The notes under the pieces: model-generated
Database searches by the model: none
Seen by the model: only the letters and a program-made list of their open reading frames with translations
What the model was told of the DNA's origin: nothing
Program-made: the position numbers and the translations under genes
Shown: one piece after another, positions 36,881 to 47,836 of the stretch
Position numbering within the stretch: the first letter of the stretch is position 1
Layout of the letters: every line of letters begins with the position of its first letter
NCBI RefSeq assembly: GCF_902459465.1
Contig: NC_047068.1
Span: forward strand, 14,632,001 to 14,696,000
Origin: Asterias rubens
Taxonomy: Eukaryota
Reading direction: 5' to 3'
DNA: 64,000 nt

Positions 36881-39332
36881 TCTGCTATGAATTTTGGACA
36901 AAAGAGCTTCAAACCTCGACCACCTGAAAAGGGCAGCTTTCCTTTGGATCACGATGGTAACTGTTCTATTGTTCAATGTTTACGAAAATATTACTGTAAA
37001 TCGGTGTAAAGCTGTCCTTCTTGTGCGTGGGACGATCGACTCTCGATCGAGCGCCCCAAAATGCTCAGCTCCGGAGTCATTCCGCCCTCAAGCGTCAAGT
37101 ATTAATTTTATTATAATATATAATACTTTTTCCAAGTTTTGCTTGAAATCACCAGCAGAACTGTTGCTTTACCCCCATGCTTGAAACCATAAACAAACAC
37201 TAAAAATGAAATATCGTAAACAGTGTGTTTGTAAATTGTATTGTTTTGTCTGGACTCATAGTATAAAAAAAGGAGTAACTGGGGCTCTGTTTCATCAGTG
37301 TTTGCATGTGTTTGTGTAGACACTACTTATTTTTTAACAAGAATTGCTATAAAAGTTAAGTATATAGGCCTGCATTTGTGGGGTACCGGTCACTTCGGCA
37401 CCTTGCAAACTCGGCACCTTGCAAACTCCGCACCCACAACCTCGGCACTTTGCAAACTCGTCACCCACAAACTCGGCACATGTACAAATACAAACTCGGC
37501 ACTCAGTTGAAAAAGTTCAATTTTCACACTGTGTGGTGTTATATCAGTCCCACCATCATAGTCCCATAAAAAGCTTGATTCTGTGCCGAGTTTGTTTGGT
37601 GCCGACATTCTTGGTGCCGAATGGGTGCCGAGTGGGTGCCGAGTGTGCAAGGTGCCGAGTTTGCAAGGTGCCGAGTTTGCCGGTGCCGACTTTGCGAGGT
37701 GCCGAAGTGTCCGGTATTCATTTTGTGCATGCATTTTATGTGAAAGAAAAATTAAAATGACTGAGGTGAGCAAAGGACAGAGCCCCTGTATTCTGTAAAG
37801 CCCCGTTCATACTTCCTGGGAATGCGAATGCGAAGCAAATTAGATGTGAATTTGACGCCACAACTCTCCTTTTGCAACGTATTCGCAAGTGAATTGAGCA
37901 GAGTTGAATTGAACTGCTGTGAATTATTTGTTGCGAATTTGTGACGTCAACATACGGATGAACCAGGTTTTACTGGGTCTAGTTTTCGTCTTGATTATGG
38001 ACTTTGGTTTGTTGAGGATCGGAATAACAAGCTGGAATTGAGTTATATAAAATTGTATATATTAAATTTTATTACTTTTGTTGTCTTATTTCTCCTTCTG
38101 TCGTCCCACACAGCATCAAAACACACACAATGTCAACACATCAAAAGAACACAACTCAGTTCCATGAAGCTCAATTTTGTTTAGGACAATTCTCTGTTTC
38201 TATTTAATTCAGCTTGGCCTAGTCTATATCAACTGATCAATGACAATTTAATTTTTAAAGGTACTTTATAAACAGTCAGATGCTGCGAAGCTTTCCACTA
38301 AATACTAGTGAATTTATGTGTGATATTTAGCCCCAACAGATACAAATCTAAGTTGAGTTTTTTACTTTTAAATCTTTGTCTGCAATGAATAAACAAATAA
38401 ACAAATTCCAGGCCAAGGAGTGTTAAAGCTCTGTTTGTTTTTTAACTAGATATTTCATAATATATGACCTCCTTCCTCCCCTCCCTTATTATTCTTCTTA
38501 GTAATCTTTCCCAGTTTGCAGGGTGTTCTGTAGTTACTTTCAGTTCAAGTCTGTTTACAAATGTACTGTTCATTGCAGGTGAATGCAAGAAGTTTAAACA
38601 GCTTTTTATGGAGTGCCTAAGAACAAATAAAGGCGATAACAAGAAATGTCGTCTCGAAACCAAGGATTACTTGCAGTGCAGGATGGAAAGGTATAGCATT
38701 TAATCTTTATTAAATATGTAATAACGTATGGTTTATAGTTTTGTTTGTTTCCTTTTTCATTAGTGGCCAACTGCCAAATTATAAACTGGCACCTTTGTTG
38801 GTTGTATCAAGATAAAAGGCCCATACCCCACCAAATTATTGGTTTAATTGTAGAGAAATTCGATTAGTTCTTCATGTTACAAATCATTATTTGAATGTTT
38901 CTGGAAGATGATATTCATTCAATTTGTGAGAAATTTATGCGTCTATAATTTATCAGTCAACGAGTAGTACAGGCTTGTCGAGACCAGCAAATTAAGAAAT
39001 CACTACGTCCGTGAAAGAAGTTAATAACGAGGAAGCCCCTCGATCCACTAAGTGAAAGTAGTTGTCTCCCAAGCTCAGAAAATATACTCTTCGGTAGTAG
39101 ATTGAATAACAAGACAAGTTCTCAAAGAACATAATCTACACAGCAAAGAATGACGTTACCGCAAACCAAATATCCATTTATCATTTAAATTAATAGAGGG
39201 CCTACATTATTTATTTTATGAATGAAATTTTGTTTTGTTTTGTCCACTAGTGACCTTATGGTAAAAGAGCCTTGGAAGAAGCTTGGGTTTGCGGATCTTG
39301 AATCAAAGAAAGAGAACAATGGCCAGCAATGA
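36878..39332 (+). CDS. COX19: Cytochrome c oxidase assembly protein COX19 (twin CX9C), 3 exons
   Basis: Exons 36878-36956, 38579-38690, 39251-39332 give [90 protein letters not shown], with the diagnostic [11 protein letters not shown] motif and twin CX9C. Confidence 0.97.
37386..37714. mobile_element. TA-flanked MITE with subterminal tandem repeats (EnSpm/CMC-like)
   Basis: TA|CCGGTCACTTCGGCACCT...AGGTGCCGAAGTGTCCGG|TA. Arrays of AACTCGGCAC on the left and GTGCCGAGTT on the right. Confidence 0.75.
37799..37969. mobile_element. Harbinger-like MITE, diverged copy of 61683-61836
   Basis: AGCCCCGTTCATACTTCCTG.GAATGCGAATGCGA start shared with 61683. Confidence 0.6.
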
Positions 39333-40397
39333 ACAGCGAGGGTGCCAGATATCGCTGTTCTCTGCCATTTGGTCCAACAACCTCAAAGGGAACTGTATAT
39401 TGTCTCTCTGTGATTTATCCATTGACGAGTTCGGTTTTTTAAATGCATTACGCATGTGAACTAGAGCAATGATGGTGGCCGGCAGGAGGCAGATCAAATG
39501 AAACGGAGGAGAGAACTCAGAAGACCATATTCATAATCAAACTGAGTTGGATGAACGGAAATATCTGGTTAAATGAAATTAGCACTCACTCCCCTCCATG
39601 CTACAAATGGAAAACTTTCAACCAATGGTTTGATTGTGAGAGGACAGAGAACTGTGGCGACTTGACAGAAGATGTATCCATCAAGCACTCCAACGACCAG
39701 CTTGACGATCTCGTGGCGACTCTTGTAAGACTAGGGCAATTTGCAAATATAGGGCAAACTTAATATCAATAGAGTTGGGCCATCCAAGGTGTAAAGGCCC
39801 GGGCACGCAGGCCTCGATAACAAGAACAATAATGAGAATTGAGAATGTTAACAATGCATGCCCTCGATTGGTTATTCTGCATGGAGCATTTCAACCGATA
39901 GAGTTCGTTCTCCTTGGGTCGTGATTGTTTTCGTTATCGCCGCCGTGTGACTTGGCCAACTTAAGTAGTTGGGCTGGCGGTCAAACTTGAGTGTTAAGGC
40001 CAACTACTTAAGTTGGGATGGAATATCTTTATTCTTTACATAAAATTTGACTCCCAAAATAGTATCATTGCAATGGTTCAATATCAGCTCTTATACACGT
40101 AAATCATGATTGGCATTAAGAATCTCTCTGACACTGATTATTGAAGAATCTTATTTTTATTATGATTCAAAACTCTTTTAAGTCCAATATTTTTGAAGTG
40201 AGAGCTCATAAAAAAGTTGGTTCAACCAGACTACATTAAAACATGTCTTAAAAAAGAGAAAAGTTTCATTGGAGCAAAATCGTTTCTTTTATTGTAAATC
40301 ATTTTACAATTTTTAAGAAAACTGTAACAAGATGTATGATATTTTAACAATATAAAGTAATAGACCAGAAGGGAAACCGAGTGGTTGATTCTTCATA

Positions 40398-42588
40398 GGG
40401 TCATTCCGTGTCAAATCAACCAGTGGTCCCCAGGTGACCCTCTCAGATTTTGATGAAACTTCATCAGAATGATTGGATGTTGCAAAAATGAACACATACA
40501 AAAAAGCTAAGTCATATTCCATGTCGTTTTCGAGATATGACCGTTTGAAATTTGGCCGAGGCGGCCATTTTGTGCTCGCGCGAGACGCGAAAAGTGATTT
40601 TTGTGATAATTTCCGACTTTGAAAGCTCATAATTTAATTATTGTACCAGGTAGAGAGCTCAAATTCAGTATTCCATCTTACTTTTTGCCAAATTTCATGA
40701 ATCTGCACTCAATTTAAATGTATTTCCTTTAATTTTCTAGTTATGGTCACCCAAAGTAGGCACTTTAATCAGCCGAAAATGTTTTTTGTGATTTTTGGGG
40801 TCACCCTGTGCCCACATGAGGGGTCAAATAAATCCTATATTCCCTAGGTATTATCTATGGGTGCATGTTTATACCCATAAGCAATTATAAGCTCACCAAT
40901 GCAATAATTTAGAAATAGCATGGGCCCAAAGTTGGTTCCAGCCAGAAAAAGGTCAAAAAGACCCCGCCCGTCTTGACCCCGGTTGACCCCGCGATCAATT
41001 GAAATGTTTTTTGAAATTGATACCAGTTAAACATATATATTATATCTACTTATACACCAATTTTCAGCTTTGGCACTCAACTCCTTCATGGTGTGGTGGC
41101 AATTTGAATATTATATGTTTTTGGCACATTTTAATGTAATATCATACAGTATACATGTACATGTACATTCATGTACACATGTACAATACATGGTAAAATA
41201 TGTTTGAAGCTTGTGTAACTTATTTTTTTCTGGCTAGCAAAAAAGTAAGTTTATTTGTGTTATTGTTTTTAGAAATGGGTTGATGATGCATGTTTTTAAC
41301 TGCAATAAATAATTTAAGGCAGGTACCACGAAGTGCTGCAAAATTCTCCCATAACACACAAAATATTGGAACCATACCCCAGTATGGAACCATACCCCAG
41401 TGTACCGTGTGTAGTTTCACTTGAAACATGGATCAAACCACACAATACAAATTAAATCTGCCAGTACTTAACACTAACTATCTGTCATATTCTTCTCTGG
41501 TTTTAACCCAACCCCAGTCCCCTTTGTTTCCTCCATGCTATGTTTATGCTGGTTAAACTTTCCAATCACATGGTCACTTCATTTGCATATTAAACGCTGG
41601 TATTACTTTCCATACACTACTTTTTTAGAACAATACTTCTCTAATGTGTATCACATGCAAACACTCATTTCTCAAACAAAATATATGTACTTGTGTATCA
41701 CGCAGACACCACAGATGCCAATGCGTTGATGTTACTTTTTGCTAGCCAGAAAAAATAAGTTACACAAGCTTCAAACATATATTACCATGTATTGTATGTG
41801 TACATGAATGTACATGTACATGTACACTGTATGATATTACATTAAAATGTGCCAAAAACATATAACATTCAAATTGCCACCACACCATGAAGGAGTTGAG
41901 TGCCAAAGCTGAAAATTGGTGTATAAGTAGATATAATATATATGTTTAACTGGTATCAATTTCAAAAAACATTTCAATTGATCGCGGGGTCAACCGGGGT
42001 CAAGACGGGCGGGGTCTTTTTGACCTTTTTCTGGCTGGAACCAACTTTGGGCCCATGCTATTTCTAAATTATTGCATTGGTGAGCTTATAATTGCTTATG
42101 GGTATAAACATGCACCCATAGATAATACCTAGGGAATATAGGATTTATTTGACCCCTCATCTGGGCACAGGGTGACCCCAAAAATCACAAAAAACATTTT
42201 TGGCTGATTAAAGTGCCTGTTTTAGGTGACCATAACTAGAAAATTAAAGGAGATACATCTAAATTGAGTGCAGATTCATGAAATTTGGCAAGAAGTAAGA
42301 TGGAATACCAAATTTGAGCTCTCTACCTGGTACAATAATTAAATTATGAGCTTTCAAAGTCGGAAATTATCAAAAAAAATCACTTTTCGCGTCCCGCGCG
42401 AGCACAAAATGGCCGCCTCGACCAAATTTCAATGGGTCATATCTCGAAAACGACATGGAGTATGACTTAGCTTTTTTGTATGTGTTCATTTGAGCCACAC
42501 TCAATCATTCTGATGAAGTTTCATCAAAATCTGAGGGGGTCACCTGGGAACTTTTCTGAAAACTGGTTGATTTGACACGGAATGACCC
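40398..42588. mobile_element. Foldback non-autonomous DNA transposon with ~850-bp inverted arms and 4-bp TSD
   Basis: CATA|GGGTCATTCCGTGTCAAATCAACCAG...CTGGTTGATTTGACACGGAATGACCC|CATA. Arms are 40398-41248 and 41732-42588 with a 483-bp non-coding spacer. GGG ends with a 4-bp TSD are compatible with Sola2 (inference). Confidence 0.9.
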
Positions 42589-43082
42589 CATACATTGTCT
42601 GCTAAACAAAGAAAATTTGACTAGTGCATGAGTTGAACCTGCGACTTCCAAATTAACAAGCCAGCGCTCCAGAGATGTTACAGGAGTGACATGTGACTGA
42701 TCACAACGTGTTCCCTCTCCTGCTGCTTCCCAGGTTGTATCGTAAAGTTGAGTGTGATCCCTGGCTACACAGCAGTTACAAGTTGAATGGCTTATGCCTG
42801 GCATCCCATGAACAAAGGTATTGTCAAAATGGGAAGACCGCCAATATTCGGGATACATGGCTAAGTTGGTGGAGCGCCTGCATATTAATCTCAAAGTGGC
42901 AGATTAAAAACTTGCTCTAGTTAGTAAATTTTTCCTAGTTCAACCCAAAATACTTTTTGCAATGATAAGGTTTGTCTTAGTTAACCTCTTTGTGTCGATG
43001 CATACATGTATGTACCACTGTTTGTTGAAGGATTGAAATATCAGATATTCTATTATTAAAAAAATGCGTTTCCTCGGCTGAA

Positions 43083-46066
43083 TTACGTCTTGCCCACCAT
43101 CAAGTCAAAGAAGGCTATTGCCTGTAGCAAGCAGTTCGAGAGATGCTCCCTCTCATGTTTAGTCGCATTGTGAAAAATATCTGCATCCTCATCAGCTATC
43201 CGCACTGAGGGGTCATGACCTTCTGACCCCCTGTCGACCCCCTCTCGGATTAGATTAGAGACCAATTCCTGTCCACTCATCCGGACCCCTCTAACCTGCA
43301 GGTTAAAGTGACGACCGATCTGCAACTGGGGTATTGAGATGGCATGCAGGGTACCGGTGTCTGCCGAGTCATGATTCAGGGAGGTGTACAGCATGCATTC
43401 CATAGTCCGCTGGAAGAGAAACATCGGGAAGGTTGACTTGTTGGCATTACTGTAGGATTTATGCTGAAGGACGTACAGATCTGGCTTGGGCATTTCACTT
43501 ATTGTCTCTGTAATCTGTTTTGAAGAAAATGGAACAAAAATCTTGTCACTATAACTTCTAACTTGCACACACTTGATACAAGACAAACTTTGGGGTAAAA
43601 TAACAAACTTGTGAAAAAAAACTATCCTTTGGATTTGGTGGAAATAATTTCTCTTCATTTCCAAACAATTGTTTACCAAATTTTAGTAACCAAATAGAAT
43701 TCTGCTGCACAGACACCCTTCATATAGTCTGCTCAGAACTAAAAGGTTTTTCATGCAATTTGTATCGGTTTCATAATTTGCATTTGCATGCTTATGAGCT
43801 CCTAGTCAATTGGGTTTATTGGTTAAAAGTTCTCTTAAAGTAATTGGTGAAAAGAAACGTGTCTTGGTTCTGATTTGTGTTTCATGAGCACTTTACCCCA
43901 GGGGTGAGAGTCATTACTAACAAAAAAGTCTGAAACTTCGATACAAATTCATAGGTATGTTGAAATATTGGCATTTCTACTGTTTGGTAACCCCTGGGGT
44001 TATAGATTCCATAGAGCTTTTGGAAACAGTATCCAAAACACCAGAGAAGTAGACAAATGAGCAGGTATTCTTTATTTGTGGACAAAAATATGTCTGATTT
44101 TCTTCACCAGGCCGACATAAAAAGACTGAATTCAGCCAAAAGACTGAACAATCTCATCCCTGAATACATCTAACACAATTTAATGACTATGGACACTTGA
44201 ATAAGTGAACCTTATACACTCAGCTGACAATATGATACTTACGATCTTAAGGTAGGATGGAGGGTCCCACTTGCCGGATGTAATGCCAACAATATCCTTC
44301 AATCTCCACTCCCCAACCCATCGATCTTTGCTCACGTGAACCCAACTAATATGTTTCAGTCCAATGTCCACTGCCACTACATCTTTCACTGCCTGCAAGG
44401 GAAAATAGAATTCATCCAGTATTTATGCATTACTAAAAAAACAAGTAAAGATGTCTCCTTGTTCAGGAGAAAGATTTAACTTTGTAATGTACCATCTGTT
44501 CTGATGAAAGTGAAAGACCAGCTTTAAAGAAGATCAAATTCAGTTTTTCTAACCTTAAAGGGGTGTGAAATTTGTTGGTACTCTTTAGAGCAAAAAGAAA
44601 ACATCATCATCTGACAGCCAAAGCAAATCGGTCTGTACATCCCAAAAGAGAAATGTTGCACCATTCACTTCTGTTTTGATTGAGCATCATATTTAGTATC
44701 AGACTGAACATCCTTTGTAGAAAAATGTACACAAAATAAATTTGAAATGAGAAATCTTAGAAGACTGTTGGGATTTCGACAAAAAGTTTCATTTGAAGTT
44801 AGAGACTTTCCCAAATACCATAAGGACTGGTTTCTATCGGAAAATTAGGGGATCACAAAACTGAATTCGGGGGTCCCTATTAAAAAAATTGTATTTCACC
44901 TTGAACAAGGTTTTTAATCTTAAAATGATGTCTCCCATCCTTTCCATAGTTCATGAAATCCATCCAGAGGTCACTCGGACAACTGGGCAGGCTAACAAAA
45001 CCTGGTGTATATTTATTGTTCTTGGTCCCATATTTACCTCTATCCTACTATTAGCTATTCCTATTTTGTCGTTTTTTGACCCATCACGTTTTGCTACATC
45101 TACTTCCAATGGCGGCCTCATTATTCCCCTGCAGATTGTCTGTAACCGTTGTGTTCCAATACCGGGCACTTGCAGGAGATCAGCTACACTAGCAAAGGGC
45201 CCGTGCTCTTCTCTGTGTGATGAGATATGCCTCGCGATATAAGAGGAGACATGTCTTGTCGAAGCTAGCTCTGTCACTGAAGCTGTGTTAACAAACTTTA
45301 GAATGCTGGCAGCGTCTTCATCGATATGGTTATTGCTGGTATTGTTCGTTTCTGTGGATTTTATCTCGGGGCGTACAGCACAACTACTTAAAGACACTGC
45401 TGGTTCACGTTGACCAGCTTGCTGACAAAACTGTCGCAACCACCTGGTGCCCAATACCTACAAGAGGAAAAAAGAAAGCATTCAATTTAAACAAAGGCGA
45501 TTGGGCTCTGTAGTACGTGTTATTCTGTCATGCGGCAACAATTGCAAACTACCCCGCACCCCCACGGTACCTTTTGTTCTTGCCTATGAATGATGGTGAT
45601 GATGGGCGTTGCTCATTCTTTTAGTTTTTCATGGAATGTTTTGATGCACGGCCAGGCATTTATTTTTAATAATTTATAATAAATATAAATACTTTATTAT
45701 TAAAAATAGGGGGGCCTACTATTTATTTAATTTGTCTGAGTGAAATATTGTTTTCAAGGCCGGTCTTTTTAGGCAGATTCCGGATAAATATAAATACTTC
45801 CAAGTACACCCAATGGTTCAGCTAATTAATATAATATTAAAATAATAGCTAGGCTAGACTATTGGAATTATCAATTATTTCATGCGTATTGAAACCTGAC
45901 CGGAAATTGGGCACAGTGAGAAACCTCTTCAAATATTTGACCGATAGTATATTATGACTATCCTAAGCTGTGTTTGGTCCGTGTTTTCTTCAGCAACACA
46001 TACCTGTATCAAGATGTCGGTACGTCGATAAAACATTGCAAAAAAAGAAAAAGCAAATTCAAGCAT
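43083..46066 (-). CDS. TEFM: Mitochondrial transcription elongation factor TEFM, 354 aa, 4 exons
   Basis: Exons 46066-46004, 45457-45038, 44392-44243, 43514-43083, all phase 0. HhH domain (FVNTASVTEL...GPFASVADLLQVPGIG), resolvase-like fold (AVKDVVAVDIGLKHISW, MPKPDLYVL, IGRHFNLQVRGVRMSGQELV) and C-terminal LLQAIAFFDL typical of TEFM. The start could alternatively be the ATG at 46036. Confidence 0.9.
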
Positions 46067-46690
46067 GAGCCAACAAAACCAATTTTTATTGTTTACTCTA
46101 GCGCCCTCTGTGCTTGGTAAAGAATAGTGTTTTGTTTTTATAGAGGGCGTTCTTTTGTAAGCCCGTCGTTGTTTTTTTTTTCAATCGTTGTGTCACATCA
46201 CACGTCCTGTGAGATTGAGTCATCATCATCGACGACGACTCTTTTCACTTCAATTTCAAACATGGTGTTACATAACTAACAACATTGTCCTTCCTCCGGT
46301 GTACTTTTCCATGGAAGAATTATGCGACTTTTTTTTGTGGGATCGTTCTTAATCTTTTACCGGAACAAATGATGAGTTGGTTAGTCTAATTCTACCTCCA
46401 TGGTACGACAGTACACACACACACTGACAGTGACACACACGTGACAGTTGTTGTTAACTGTTGTTGTTTGTCGCTCGATGTCATGACAGCAGACGCAGTG
46501 TGTCACACCCAGGCCAGAGCAGTGTACGCCTTCAGTTCTGTAAGTACTGAAACCTGACAGGCTGTTCATTCGTAATTTAAAACATCAAAGAAAGAGAGAG
46601 ATACCCATCAACAACACACATCAAGCACAGTGCATTACCTTCTGAAGGACGTTCAGCCAGGACTAGACTGCACCGTACTGTAAAGTAAGT
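46067..46690. promoter_or_regulatory. Bidirectional promoter TEFM / ABCA with candidate non-coding ABCA first exons
   Basis: Reverse CTCF-like GCGCCCTCTGTGCT at 46101-46114. GTAAGT donors at 46540 and 46685. The ABCA start exon has an acceptor at 47809-47810, so an upstream exon is required. Confidence 0.5.
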
Positions 46691-47836
46691 GTAAGTAAAA
46701 TTCTACCTCCATTCCATGGTTAGGTAAAATAGAACACAGACTTCGATCATCCATTTTTTCAAATGTTTTTATTATCTGATTACTAAACAAGAATATCGTA
46801 CGGTCATATATGTTATCGACCCTCATATGTTTTCAACCCCCAACTTTGATTCCCGTTTACCGCGAGACTGTGCAAGCTCCACCGGTGACAGAATGCAAGC
46901 TCTGCTGTAGTGTTGGTTTACTCACGTCACGGTCTGTATTTTCGTCAGGCTTAATGTCATGCTGAGAATAAACAATTGTGAACAATTTTCCTGTTAATTA
47001 TCCTACTGAAAACCCATTACACCAGGAAAATACACTATTCTCAGGCTGTGCCTGTTAAGGTAAATAAATTGGTTGATCGGACATTCGACAAGTCAGCGTT
47101 TCATAGTAATAGTAGTATGACTACTAACTATAGGCTAGGGACTTTAGGGTAGGTTACACAGCATAGATCTTTTTGGTTGTTATAGGATTTGAGGCATTGC
47201 ATGGTGGGTGAACATTGCCAGGTAGAGTTTGTTCTTTTTTATTGTAAATGTATATAATTATGATGTTGATATTGATAGAGTTGTATTAAAAGAACATAAC
47301 TATAATAATAATGCATTTGAGTTTGACTTAATTTTTTGACTCACTTGAGTAGGAGGCACGCTCTCATCTGAAAAGAGAAGGACGTTGTTCTTCGACCAGT
47401 CCTGTGACTGTGAGCTGCTTAGTTGAAAAACACAATACAAAAGTTTACTGTAGTGTAGGCATTCAAATCACTGGCCTCAGGTTTTCACTCTGCAGTGCAA
47501 TGTTACTTTCGATCCCTGGTTTAGTATAGTATAAACTAAACTAATGCATGCCTGAAATTTCATCTCTGAAAAGGCAAGGCAATTTTCATTCTGCAAAGGG
47601 CACTTCCATTGGAAAATCTTAAAGTTAGTGGGAAACTTTTGAAGGAGCAAAAAGGCCAAAACCAGGGGCAACGGAGGACATGTCCTCTGTGGCCTGTGTG
47701 TAATTCCACACCTGAGAATGAGAAAGTTTTCACATCCAAAAGACTCTTCTTATTTTCTTCAATAAGCATTAACCAAACCCCAATTCTGAATCTGCATGAC
47801 CTCCTTACAGGACAGGCCAGACGGTTGACGAGAACG

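Noticed and set aside
37378-37798. Several overlapping ORFs with LGT/RHLAN repeats
   Set aside because: They are translations of MITE subterminal repeats in COX19 intron 1.
39303-39763. ORFs just downstream of the COX19 stop
   Set aside because: No recognisable domain or splice support; treated as 3'UTR or intergenic.
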